Origin: Pseudomonadales bacterium
GTDB lineage: Bacteria > Pseudomonadota > Gammaproteobacteria > Pseudomonadales > UBA3067
Length of the DNA: 37,626 nt
Assembly: GCA_036802845.1 (NCBI GenBank)
Contig: DAIRVL010000002.1
Location: forward strand, 1-37,626
Direction: 5' to 3'
The notes below the pieces were generated by a model. It did no database searches. It was not told the DNA's origin and worked only from the letters and a program-made list of their open reading frames with translations. How positions within the stretch are numbered: the stretch's first letter is position 1; each line of letters begins with the position of its first letter. Made by a program: the position numbers and the translations under genes. Positions 1 to 8,587 of the stretch are shown here, in pieces.

Positions 1-2
1 AC

Positions 3-191
3 CTGCGTTTAAAAATCACACTCTCGGAAGGTGACAACGCGCCTAAAACCAGCAGCCCAGCACCCGAGACAAAAAGTACAATACCAGCGGCACTCACTCC
101 AAACAACAAAGACAGCTTGTCACTTTCGTTAGAACCGATTAACGATGAAGACGATAAAGACACGAACTCGCCCTTTTCAGCCTTGGGGTAA
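3..191 (+). CDS. 3' end of an unidentified protein-coding gene (last 62 codons; start lies upstream of the window)
   Basis: This frame is open from the window edge to TAA at 189-191 (...NDEDDKDTNSPFSALG*). A strong hairpin terminator follows about 50 nt downstream. The tail is Ser/Pro/Asp-rich with no recognisable domain. Confidence 0.4.
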   Translation: MRLKITLSEGDNAPKTSSPAPETKSTIPAALTPNNKDSLSLSLEPINDEDDKDTNSPFSALG

Positions 192-241
192 ACATCCCCT
201 CGCACAATGAATTACAGCATGTGCTGCTGAAAAAAGAGAAT

Positions 242-270
242 AAAAAAACCCGGTAAACCCGGGTTTTTTT
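242..270. terminator. Bidirectional rho-independent terminator between convergent genes
   Basis: AAAAAAA-CCCGG-taaac-CCGGG-TTTTTTT. A GC stem is flanked by an A7 run and a T7 run, so it can terminate both the + strand partial gene and the - strand OMP/PBP operon. Confidence 0.8.
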
Positions 271-310
271 AGGGGGCGCCTGCTCACTGCCCCGTGTTAA
301 AAACGCCTCC

Positions 311-730
311 TTACGGAATTGTCAGCAGCACTTTTACTTTGTTGTTAACTGCACCGGCACTCATGTAACCGATACCGTCTTTGTTGTTACCCAACCATTC
401 CAGCATAGCGGCTTCATTTTCCACCTGATCAAGCGGCTTGCCCTGACCGGTAAAAATACGATTTGACCAATAGGCTTTCATTTTACCCGGATCTTTACCT
501 ACCACTTTTTCATCAAATTCCATTTTCAAGGCGCTACTGTCGGGCAAGTTCACCGCGCGCACAGCCAAACCACCCACCTTGGCTGTTTTGCCTAAAAACA
601 GATCCTTCAACACATTGGCATCCACTGCGGCAATATCACTTTTAGCATGAGCGACCACCACCACTTCAGCTTGAGCACCCCCAGCCAGAAGACAGCAGAA
701 CATCCCTGCAATTAGTATGTTTCGTTTCAT
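311..730 (-). CDS. Small periplasmic PstS-like (PBP_like_2-type) substrate-binding domain protein, 139 aa
   Basis: It has a signal peptide (MKRNILIAGMFCCLLAGGAQA). The pattern VVVV..-x-LKDLFLGK-...-KAYWSNRIFTGQGKP-...-GIGYM is typical of the ~140-aa proteins usually annotated as phosphate ABC transporter substrate-binding protein. It starts 13 nt after the upstream OMP gene. Confidence 0.7.
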   Translation of the reverse strand: MKRNILIAGMFCCLLAGGAQAEVVVVAHAKSDIAAVDANVLKDLFLGKTAKVGGLAVRAVNLPDSSALKMEFDEKVVGKDPGKMKAYWSNRIFTGQGKPLDQVENEAAMLEWLGNNKDGIGYMSAGAVNNKVKVLLTIP

Positions 731-743
731 TGTCTGTCTCCTA

Positions 744-2183
744 TTAGAACACCATGGTCAGTGACATGCTGAGTTTATTCAGGCTATCAGGCACATCGGA
801 GTTAAATGTAGTCAAATCAGGCACCACATTAAACAAACCTGTGCTTGTTAACACCGGCGCACCCATTACCGTTACCAAAGGTGAGCTTGGGTCCCTCATT
901 TGCGCATCACCCAATTCGGTGTACTGGTATTCCATCTTTAAGGCCGCCCAAGGCTGTACATCATAACGCACACCTAAAATGTAGGACTCTTGCGACTGAT
1001 TGGATAGATTCGAATTCTCCGATTCAACAGCGCTGTAGGTAAAGTGCGGCAATACCTTGCCAAAATGCATGCCCACCGTGACGAAACCGGCCAAGGTATC
1101 GGGGAAAGGAATACCGCCTATCTGACGATCACCTACCTCACTAATCAGCATGTAAGTACCATCGTCATAGCGCAGGCCAATATTTTTAAATTTGGCCGTT
1201 CCATCACCACTGGGTATTGAGCCAAACACTTGGCCAAGTGCAGCGGCTTGTGCGCCTGCAGCCGCCAAATCATTCCCTGCTGTCAACACTGCCGCCCCAT
1301 AAGTTGTCAAACTATTAACAGCAGCCATGTACTGCGCTTGAAGGGGTGCCGGAGCTCCAGCGTAACCTCCATAGGGTATCATTGCGGCTTCCAACCCATT
1401 TATTTGAGCATTGGCACCCGCCAGTTGCGCGTCAGCACCTGCTAGAGCCGCTGTCGCTTCAAGTACGCTCTGTCCTATCTGAGCTTGCAGGGTTTGTGCA
1501 GCAGGTAGAGACGATAATTGACTCGCAAGATCCATCACCACACCCACATCGTGATAACCCAGACGCACTTCAAGATTTTCCGTGCCCGTAGAGAATACAA
1601 CACCTGCCATATGAGAGATGTCACCACTCAGGATTGTTCCCAGAGCAGGTACAACTACCTTGTCACGTCCAAAATAAAACTGCCCGCGCACCCAGGTTTC
1701 GTCGAAATATTTTCTATAATCCAAAGACAAACCGGTAAGCGCTGTCATGGGTACATTACCAAAACCATAGAGTTCTTCAGGGGGTCTGATCCACGGGTAG
1801 GTTATACCTACGTCGTACGCTTCAGAAATAAGAAAAAGAGGGAGTTTTACCCGTCCCACGTTGACGTTAAACTCTTCACTCACCTTCCAGTTGATATAGG
1901 CCCAGTCGGCATCAACCGCCCATTGATTTTGCGCGCGACTCAAGAGCTGAGTCACGAAACTCAGCGGCACATCGTTGTTCGGTGCAAAACGCATTTGCAA
2001 ACCCAGCAAGGTACCTTCGTTAAAGGTGCCGTCTTTATCGGTTTGCACATACAGCTCGTCCGTATCTGTGGCAGACAGCTGAACCGTACTAAAGCCATTG
2101 ACCTTAAAATCGGATGCCGCCATAACCGACAGCGGCAGCGTCAGTGCAAGTGCGCCTACAGCAAGTGATTTACGTATTAACAT
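744..2183 (-). CDS. Uncharacterised beta-barrel outer-membrane protein (porin-like), 479 aa, with a central Ala/Gln-rich insertion
   Basis: It has a signal peptide with a VMA/A cleavage site and alternating amphipathic strands. The C-terminus is ...SMSLTMVF, with the terminal Phe typical of OMPs. A strong RBS (AAGGAGAG) precedes the ATG. Family not identified. Confidence 0.7.
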   Translation of the reverse strand: MLIRKSLAVGALALTLPLSVMAASDFKVNGFSTVQLSATDTDELYVQTDKDGTFNEGTLLGLQMRFAPNNDVPLSFVTQLLSRAQNQWAVDADWAYINWKVSEEFNVNVGRVKLPLFLISEAYDVGITYPWIRPPEELYGFGNVPMTALTGLSLDYRKYFDETWVRGQFYFGRDKVVVPALGTILSGDISHMAGVVFSTGTENLEVRLGYHDVGVVMDLASQLSSLPAAQTLQAQIGQSVLEATAALAGADAQLAGANAQINGLEAAMIPYGGYAGAPAPLQAQYMAAVNSLTTYGAAVLTAGNDLAAAGAQAAALGQVFGSIPSGDGTAKFKNIGLRYDDGTYMLISEVGDRQIGGIPFPDTLAGFVTVGMHFGKVLPHFTYSAVESENSNLSNQSQESYILGVRYDVQPWAALKMEYQYTELGDAQMRDPSSPLVTVMGAPVLTSTGLFNVVPDLTTFNSDVPDSLNKLSMSLTMVF

Positions 2184-2481
2184 GTACTCTCCTTATACCT
2201 TAGAGAAATTATTGTGTGGTCATCGTGCGATGGTCTACTTACCAACACATCTTTAGATGGAAACTTTTTGACCCATAGCTCACGAGGCCAAGTTCTTTCA
2301 TGGCTTTTTAAAGATAGTTGATATTTTTAAAATTGCGCACTAATTGTAAGTTTCTTTCTAACAGCGCCGATTAGTACAGGGTTGTTAGTCACCACACCCT
2401 TTTATCGTTGTGCTGGTAACTTGTGTGCGGCTTGATTACCATTTAGCCCCTCATTCACTTTTACTGCCTACAGGAACGTCC

Positions 2482-4218
2482 ATGCGCGCTACTGATTACC
2501 TTTTTTCCACCCTTCGCGAAATTCCGGCCGAAGCCGAAACCATCAGCCATCAACTTATGCTGCGTGCCGGCATGATTCGTAAACTGGCCTCTGGCCTGTA
2601 TACCTGGTTACCAACGGGGCTGCGTGTATTACGCAAAGTAGAAGCCATTATTCGCGACGAAATGAACCGCAGCGGCGCGCAGGAGGTGTTAATGCCGGTG
2701 GTGCAACCGGCCGAGCTGTGGCAAGAATCCGGACGCTGGCAGTTTTATGGGCCCGAACTGCTGCGCTTGAACGACCGCCATCAGCGCGCCTTTTGTTTGG
2801 GGCCCACGCATGAAGAGGTGATTACTGATCTGGCACGTAATGAATTACACAGCTACAAACAGTTACCGCTTAATTTTTACCAGATTCAGACCAAGTTCCG
2901 TGATGAAGTGCGTCCGCGCTTTGGTGTGATGCGTTCGCGCGAATTTATTATGAAAGATGCGTATTCGTTTCATCTGGATCAGGCCTCACTCGAGCAGACC
3001 TACCAGAGTATGTACGACACCTATAGCCGTATTTTCAGCCGCATTGGTTTGAATTTTCGGGCGGTGATGGCCGACACCGGCAGTATCGGCGGCAGTGCCT
3101 CGCATGAATTCCATGTATTGGCCGAGTCGGGCGAAGACGCAATTGCCTTCAGTGATATCAGCGATTATGCCGCGAATGTTGAACTGGCTGCTGCACTGGC
3201 ACCAGAGACAGCCCGACAGGCACCCACACAAAACCTGGCCAAAATTGCTACGCCGTCACAGCATTCCATCACCGAGGTCAGTGTTTTTTTAAACATAACA
3301 CCTGCGTCCATCGTTAAAACTTTGATCGTTAATGGCGTGCCTGATGATACAAATAAGTCGCCACTGGTGGCGCTGGTGATTCGCGGTGATCACACGCTCA
3401 ATGCCATTAAAGCCGAAAAACACCCATTGATTGCCAGCCCGCTCACGTTTGCCAGTGAGAACGAGGTGCGCGCACAACTGATGTGCTCACCCGGTTCCAT
3501 TGGGCCGGTGGGTTTAAACATTCCCGTGCTGCTTGATCACGCTGCAGCGCAACTGAGTGATTTTGTCTGTGGTGCCAACAGCGACGGTTTTCATTACAGC
3601 GGCACAAACTGGCAACGCGACTGCAGCGCCCGCGAGGTCTTGGATCTGCGTAATGTCTGCGAAGGCGACCCCAGCCCGGATGGCCAGGGGCACTTGCTGA
3701 TCAAACGCGGCATTGAAGTAGGCCATATTTTCCAGCTGGGCACCAAGTACAGTGAAGCCTTGCAAGCCAAGGTATTAACTGAAAACGGCCGAAGCGTTGT
3801 GATGCAAATGGGTTGTTATGGCATTGGTGTGACCCGTGTCGTGGCAGCGGCCATTGAACAAAACTATGATGAAAAAGGTATCGTCTGGCCACTTGCCATT
3901 GCACCGTTTCAACTGGTGCTCGTTGCCATCAATATGCAGAAATCACCGCGGGTACAGGAATGCTGTGAGCGTTTGTATGCCGAATTCCAGCGCCACGGGG
4001 TTGATGTGTTGTTTGATGATAGAAACGAGCGACCTGGTGTTAAGTTTGCCGATGCAGAATTGCTGGGCATTCCACACCGGCTTGTTGTGGGTGAAAAAGG
4101 TCTGGACCGGCAGATGCTAGAATATACAAATAGACGTGACGGTGAGAACAAAGATCTGGCGCTTGATCAGGCGCTTACTGTCATTTTGGAAAAACTTGGG
4201 CTGACCAAGCCCTGGTAG
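2482..4218 (+). CDS. proS: Proline--tRNA ligase
   Basis: It is near-colinear with E. coli ProS from [46 protein letters not shown] onward, including the editing insertion. I chose ATG 2482 (AGGAA RBS 5 nt upstream) over the GTG 2410 of the ORF track. Confidence 0.95.
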   Translation: MRATDYLFSTLREIPAEAETISHQLMLRAGMIRKLASGLYTWLPTGLRVLRKVEAIIRDEMNRSGAQEVLMPVVQPAELWQESGRWQFYGPELLRLNDRHQRAFCLGPTHEEVITDLARNELHSYKQLPLNFYQIQTKFRDEVRPRFGVMRSREFIMKDAYSFHLDQASLEQTYQSMYDTYSRIFSRIGLNFRAVMADTGSIGGSASHEFHVLAESGEDAIAFSDISDYAANVELAAALAPETARQAPTQNLAKIATPSQHSITEVSVFLNITPASIVKTLIVNGVPDDTNKSPLVALVIRGDHTLNAIKAEKHPLIASPLTFASENEVRAQLMCSPGSIGPVGLNIPVLLDHAAAQLSDFVCGANSDGFHYSGTNWQRDCSAREVLDLRNVCEGDPSPDGQGHLLIKRGIEVGHIFQLGTKYSEALQAKVLTENGRSVVMQMGCYGIGVTRVVAAAIEQNYDEKGIVWPLAIAPFQLVLVAINMQKSPRVQECCERLYAEFQRHGVDVLFDDRNERPGVKFADAELLGIPHRLVVGEKGLDRQMLEYTNRRDGENKDLALDQALTVILEKLGLTKPW

Positions 4219-4236
4219 TATTTAAACAGGCGTTTT

Positions 4237-4857
4237 ATGTTACACATACTCCAACCATTCACACCACGCGGCGTCAAACAGCGGCAACGCAATGCGCGCC
4301 TTGCATTTCTTGTTATGCTTCTTTGGGCCGCCTTACCGTGTTTTGCCGCCACCACGGAGCAACTGCCCGAGCAGGATCTTTTGCAGCTCAGGCGCGCTGT
4401 TGAAACGGCCCGTGGATTTTCAGATCGTTATGCCGCCGAGGTGTGGCTGGTCGGCATGGACAGCCGTCTCAAAAAATTTATTCCAGACCGTGCCATTCGC
4501 CTTCATCTGTTGCAAGAAATTTATGTCCAGGCCAAACAGGCCAATTTGTCACCACAACTGGTGCTGGCGGTGATTGAAGTGGAAAGTGGTTTTGATCATT
4601 ACGCCGTGTCTTATGCCGGCGCACAAGGTTTAATGCAGGTGATGCCCTTCTGGAAAAGAGATATCGGCACCACGCAAGATAACCTGATCGATATCAACAC
4701 CAATCTGCGTTATGGCTGCACTATTCTCAGCCATTACCTGAAGGTCGAAAAAAGTGATTTAATCAAAGCGCTGGCGCGTTATAACGGCAGCGTAGGGCAG
4801 ACCTGGTACCCGGAACGGGTGATTCTCGCATGGGAGAGAAACTGGTACGTGAATTAA
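4237..4857 (+). CDS. Lytic transglycosylase, SLT-domain protein with signal peptide
   Basis: It carries the SLT catalytic motif VIEVESGFDHYAVSYAGAQGLMQVMP and an N-terminal signal sequence ending ALPCFAA. Confidence 0.85.
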   Translation: MLHILQPFTPRGVKQRQRNARLAFLVMLLWAALPCFAATTEQLPEQDLLQLRRAVETARGFSDRYAAEVWLVGMDSRLKKFIPDRAIRLHLLQEIYVQAKQANLSPQLVLAVIEVESGFDHYAVSYAGAQGLMQVMPFWKRDIGTTQDNLIDINTNLRYGCTILSHYLKVEKSDLIKALARYNGSVGQTWYPERVILAWERNWYVN

Positions 4858-4888
4858 GGTTCGCCCACCGCAGTTGAGTGAGCGAACA
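4858..4888. terminator. Hairpin between convergent genes (possible terminator, no clear U-tract)
   Basis: GTTCGC-C-CAC [cgcagttga] GTG-A-GCGAAC, i.e. 6+3 bp with one mismatch. It lies between the SLT gene stop and the SPFH gene stop. Confidence 0.3.
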
Positions 4889-4902
4889 ATTCGAACAGGG
4901 CT

Positions 4903-5748
4903 TTATTTTCCCATTAATCCTTTGACGGTATTCAGCACATCGGCAGGCATCACCACGGTTTTTGCATTGGGTGAACGGGCCAGTTCCGCCAAAGACGCAA
5001 TGTATTTTTCGCCGAGCATATAGGTCACGGGCAGGGAATCACCCTTGATAGATTCGGTAATCAAGGTAATGGCATCACGGCTGGCATTGGCCAGTACCAC
5101 TTGCGATTCGGCATCCTTACGGCTCGCCTCAAGACGCCCTTCGGCTTGTAAAATGGCCGCCTGCTTTTCGCCTTCGGCTTTGGTTACCGCCGCACGACGC
5201 TGGCGTTCTGCGGCGGCCTGTTCTTCCATGGCGTGCTGCATGGTTGCTGAAGGTTTGATGTCCTGGATTTCGACTGTTTTAAGCACAATGCCCCAATCGG
5301 AAATATCGTCAGAAATAGCCGATTTCAGTTTGGCCTTGATTTGATCGCGCGAGGACAAGGCCGCGTCCAGTGTCATTTCGCCCACAATAGAACGTAAAGA
5401 GGTCTGCACCAGATTGCGAATAGCAATGGTGTAATCTTCAACGCCGTAAACGGCTTTTTCTGGCGACACAATATTGATATAGGCCACGGCATTGGCGACC
5501 AGAACAGCATTATCGGCCGTGATAACTTCCTGCGAGGGAATATCCAGAACGATATCCTTGGTTGTGACGCGATAAGGCACGGTATCAACATAAGGGATAA
5601 TAATGTTAAAACCCGGATTGAGCGTGGTGTGGTATTTTCCTAAACGTTGAACAATGAATTTTGACCCCTGAGGGACGGTACGAATCCCTTTTAACAAGGT
5701 CACAACCGTGAGTGCCGCCAAAAAAATTACAATCGCTAATATTTCCAT
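4903..5748 (-). CDS. SPFH/band-7 (stomatin/QmcA-like) membrane protein
   Basis: It has an N-terminal TM helix, then the SPFH core (VPQGSKFIVQRLGKYHTTLNPGFNIIIPYVD...), then an Ala/Glu-rich coiled coil (EEQAAAERQRRAAVTKAEGEKQAAILQAEG). An AAGGA RBS is present. Confidence 0.9.
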   Translation of the reverse strand: MEILAIVIFLAALTVVTLLKGIRTVPQGSKFIVQRLGKYHTTLNPGFNIIIPYVDTVPYRVTTKDIVLDIPSQEVITADNAVLVANAVAYINIVSPEKAVYGVEDYTIAIRNLVQTSLRSIVGEMTLDAALSSRDQIKAKLKSAISDDISDWGIVLKTVEIQDIKPSATMQHAMEEQAAAERQRRAAVTKAEGEKQAAILQAEGRLEASRKDAESQVVLANASRDAITLITESIKGDSLPVTYMLGEKYIASLAELARSPNAKTVVMPADVLNTVKGLMGK

Positions 5749-5782
5749 GTGTCTAATCCTTGAATGATCCGTTTAAAAAATC

Positions 5783-6259
5783 TTATTTAGAAAAGGGGAC
5801 TTGGGCGCGAACAATCACCGCGTTACCCGACACTTCGGTGACCGTCACCCGGTCACCGTTAGCGAGTGTGCCATCAAAAATAAAATCCCACTCTTCGCTG
5901 CCCATAATAGGCGCCGGGAATTTGAGTAAGCCTCGCCCACTTTCGGCATTGTAACGAACCACAATACCTGTCTGGCCAATGATCGCTTCGCGTGACATAC
6001 CTGCCAGCGTACGGTTCTTCATCCGTGGTGATACGAAAACATGCCATAGCACCACATAAAGAATAGACAGCGCCACCCAAACAAATACTTGAACATTGAT
6101 ACCCATGGGGAGCACCAACAATAACAGACCCACACTGACTGCCGCAGCGCCAAACCAGATAATAACAAAACTCGGTACAAAAATTTCAAGCCCGATCAAT
6201 GCCAAACCAAGCAGAATCCAGTGCCAATAGGCAAGCGTTATATTTAACCCGTCAAGCAT
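5783..6259 (-). CDS. NfeD-family membrane protein (YbbJ-like), partner of the SPFH protein
   Basis: It has three or four N-terminal TM helices and a C-terminal OB-fold-like soluble domain (GQTGIVV...GDRVTVTEVSGNAVIV). It sits 34 nt upstream of the SPFH gene, the canonical nfeD-SPFH pairing. Confidence 0.85.
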   Translation of the reverse strand: MLDGLNITLAYWHWILLGLALIGLEIFVPSFVIIWFGAAAVSVGLLLLVLPMGINVQVFVWVALSILYVVLWHVFVSPRMKNRTLAGMSREAIIGQTGIVVRYNAESGRGLLKFPAPIMGSEEWDFIFDGTLANGDRVTVTEVSGNAVIVRAQVPFSK

Positions 6260-6327
6260 TTAAGGATTCCCCTGTTTCGCGTCCGCTATTTCAAACCAAA
6301 ACACCGTTTAAATAACGCGTTAGCGTG

Positions 6328-7311
6328 TTAATGATGCTCACTGACAGGCAGAGGATAACAGGTAAACTGATTTCTGCCGTGTGTTTTTGAAAAATACAAG
6401 GCCTGATCGGCATGTGAAATTAATTCTTCATGACGTAGATGCGTTTCAGCAAGCTCGACAATGCCACCACTGATGGTAAAACGAATCGTTTTATCCTCGT
6501 AGTCAGTGCGTTCATTTTCAATCAAAAGTCGCAGTTTCTCAGCCACCACCAGTGCACCATCTTTATCGGTGCCCGGGAGAATAATACCGAATTCCTCGCC
6601 ACCGTAACGACCGGCCACATCACTTTGACGTAATGACTGTTTCACCAGTGCCGCGACTTTTTTCAGAATCAAATCACCACCGAGATGACCGTAGGTGTCG
6701 TTGACATGTTTAAACTTGTCCAGATCAAACATGATCAATGACAAACTGCCGCCATAGCGTTTCACACGACTGAATTCTTCGGACAAACGTTCTTCCCAGT
6801 AATGGCGATTATTCAAACGGGTCAGGCCGTCGACACGACTGAGCACTTCAAGTTCATGCATGGCACGCTGCAATTCCGTTTGATAAAACCCAACATCGGT
6901 CACATCGTGCAAGGCAATACAGACTTTGTCGACATGGCCATTAGCATCTTTGACCGGCATCAGCACCAGATTCTGGTACATGTACTCAACGCCACCGGTG
7001 ATAGGGCGATTATGGGGGAATTTGAAAATATAGGTGCGTTGTTCCCAGGAGACAAAAGAAAAGCCCTTCAGCAGAAAAACGCTTTTTATTTTTTTTTCAA
7101 ACCATTTTTGCGGGAGATCGGGGAAGGTTACAAACAGATTTTTACCGAGTATCTGCTCACTCTTGACCTGGCTGTTAATTTCCATGAAGCGATTCCACAG
7201 CATCACATTCATGTTTGCATCAACAATAAACAAGCCCACGTCGATTCGATCAACGATAAATTGCAGCAACTCAGGAGATTGCGTCTGATTCATAGTCGAG
7301 TGCTTATCCAT
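6328..7311 (-). CDS. PAS-GGDEF diguanylate cyclase
   Basis: The N-terminal region is PAS-like. The C-terminal GGDEF domain has an intact GGEEF and an RxxD I-site (RQSD) five residues upstream. The start is ambiguous (ATG 7311 or ATG 7293). Confidence 0.9.
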   Translation of the reverse strand: MDKHSTMNQTQSPELLQFIVDRIDVGLFIVDANMNVMLWNRFMEINSQVKSEQILGKNLFVTFPDLPQKWFEKKIKSVFLLKGFSFVSWEQRTYIFKFPHNRPITGGVEYMYQNLVLMPVKDANGHVDKVCIALHDVTDVGFYQTELQRAMHELEVLSRVDGLTRLNNRHYWEERLSEEFSRVKRYGGSLSLIMFDLDKFKHVNDTYGHLGGDLILKKVAALVKQSLRQSDVAGRYGGEEFGIILPGTDKDGALVVAEKLRLLIENERTDYEDKTIRFTISGGIVELAETHLRHEELISHADQALYFSKTHGRNQFTCYPLPVSEHH

Positions 7312-7367
7312 TCCTGAAAGGCTAAAAGATCGCCGCGCCTATTGAAGCATCCACAGCGAAGCACGGT

Positions 7368-7997
7368 TTAATCGGCAAGTAAAAGATCTAATGTTGCTGT
7401 AACCGCATCAATTGCTTCACCTGGCATCATCAACAGTAACGAACAATTAAAGGAACGCTGTTCCAGCGTATATTTAATTTCAACAAACAAGGCACGTGAC
7501 CAATTTAACTGATCGGCATTAACGACCTGATGAATCGTAATGTTTTGACCAATCACTGACGGAGGAGAAAATCCAAGTTCGACATCCATTTGTTCGGCCA
7601 GTCCAATCAAGCAGGCACTGCTTAATATATTGGCCACTTCAAGTAACAGTTCAGTTTTATCCTGCGTTGACAGCTCGCCATCGTAGGCGAGCAAATCAGC
7701 CAGCTCATGAAAACTTTCATCACCAAAAACGACAATGGCTTCGCCCCTGATCTGTGCATTGCCTTTGGCCGTAAAAAACCCTTGGCGTACTGCCGAAATA
7801 AATTCGGCACCTTCACTCATTTTTTGTAACTCTGGCACCAGTTCGGAACTTTCAACCAGCCTGATTTTAGGCACCGATAATTGAATAAAGGTTTCAAGAT
7901 AACGCGCCAGACTGTCACCCGCCTGCCCCATGGCAACGTTAACAATTTCCTGCAGGCAATCGCGCTGATCTTCACTTAAAGCGTACACTGGGTTCAT
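7368..7997 (-). CDS. CheC-family CheY-P phosphatase-like protein
   Basis: Both CheC signatures are readable: D13-x3-E17-x2-N20-x22-P43 and E116-x3-E120-x2-N123-x22-P146. Its start overlaps the upstream receiver stop (ATGA at 7994-7997). Confidence 0.8.
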   Translation of the reverse strand: MNPVYALSEDQRDCLQEIVNVAMGQAGDSLARYLETFIQLSVPKIRLVESSELVPELQKMSEGAEFISAVRQGFFTAKGNAQIRGEAIVVFGDESFHELADLLAYDGELSTQDKTELLLEVANILSSACLIGLAEQMDVELGFSPPSVIGQNITIHQVVNADQLNWSRALFVEIKYTLEQRSFNCSLLLMMPGEAIDAVTATLDLLLAD

Positions 7998-8383
7998 AGT
8001 AATCCGTAGGCGGAGAGTACCGCGTGAAGTTTCTCTGGATTGACGGGCTTTTTGATAAAATCCAGGGCGCCTAAACCCATGACCCGCTCTCTGGCTTCGG
8101 GTTGAATGTCAGCGCTGATCACAATAATAATCGCTTTATGCCCCTCTTCTTTTACCTTCGCCAAGACTTCATAACCGTCCATATCGGGCATGGTCAAATC
8201 GAGAAATACCATCTCGCCTTTGCCGTTGCGAATAGCCTCCATGCCTTCAATACCATTGGTCGCCAAGGTTACATTAACATCCCAGGCTTCAGGCAGGGAC
8301 TTTTGCACCTGCTTGCGGGCCATGTTGGAATCATCACATATTAATAAAGGTATGCTCATAAGTCTGACTGATTTCTTCATCAA
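7994..8383 (-). CDS. Single-domain CheY-like response regulator receiver
   Basis: The receiver signature residues are present: CDDS acidic pair, FLDLTMPDMDG phospho-acceptor, VISAD and KKP. There is no output domain. The start may be the internal ATG at 8359 (MSIPLLICDD). Confidence 0.85.
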   Translation of the reverse strand: MMKKSVRLMSIPLLICDDSNMARKQVQKSLPEAWDVNVTLATNGIEGMEAIRNGKGEMVFLDLTMPDMDGYEVLAKVKEEGHKAIIIVISADIQPEARERVMGLGALDFIKKPVNPEKLHAVLSAYGLL

Positions 8384-8542
8384 GTATTAAGTCATGAACT
8401 GAGTATAGACAGGCTTAAAAAAAGTTGCGTCGAAAATTTAATATCGACCACTTTATTTGAATAAGTCGTTGTTGTAATTTATTAACTTACTTGCGCTACA
8501 CGAAAGCATGGCATGCGTAAAGAGACGGGGAGAGAACGTGTA

Positions 8543-8577
8543 ACGCTGATCCATGACCCACAAAATTGGATCAGCGT
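8543..8577 (-). terminator. 11-bp perfect-stem hairpin just downstream of the fumarate hydratase stop
   Basis: ACGCTGATCCA [13-nt loop] TGGATCAGCGT, starting 11 nt past the stop codon. No U-tract follows, so it may be a terminator or an mRNA-stabilising hairpin. Confidence 0.45.
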
Positions 8578-8587
8578 CGAAAGAATT

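Noticed and set aside
1411-1427. Sigma-54-like TGGCAC...TTGC motif
   Set aside because: The spacing is 7 nt rather than 5 between the elements. The motif also sits inside the OMP coding region on the antisense strand.
1518-2168. 216-aa ORF on the plus strand
   Set aside because: It lies entirely antisense to the well-supported OMP gene. Its composition is Arg/His/Thr-rich and non-protein-like, and it has no RBS. It is a shadow ORF.
2257-2274. Pho-box-like sequence upstream of the OMP/mini-PBP operon (minus strand GGGTCAA-aaag-TTTCCAT)
   Set aside because: Only about 4/7 matches per half-site, which is indistinguishable from chance in an AT-rich promoter. It is kept only as a testable aside under the OMP finding.
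6802-7317. 171-aa plus-strand ORF
   Set aside because: It is antisense to the PAS-GGDEF gene, whose own frame carries unmistakable domain motifs. It has no independent support.
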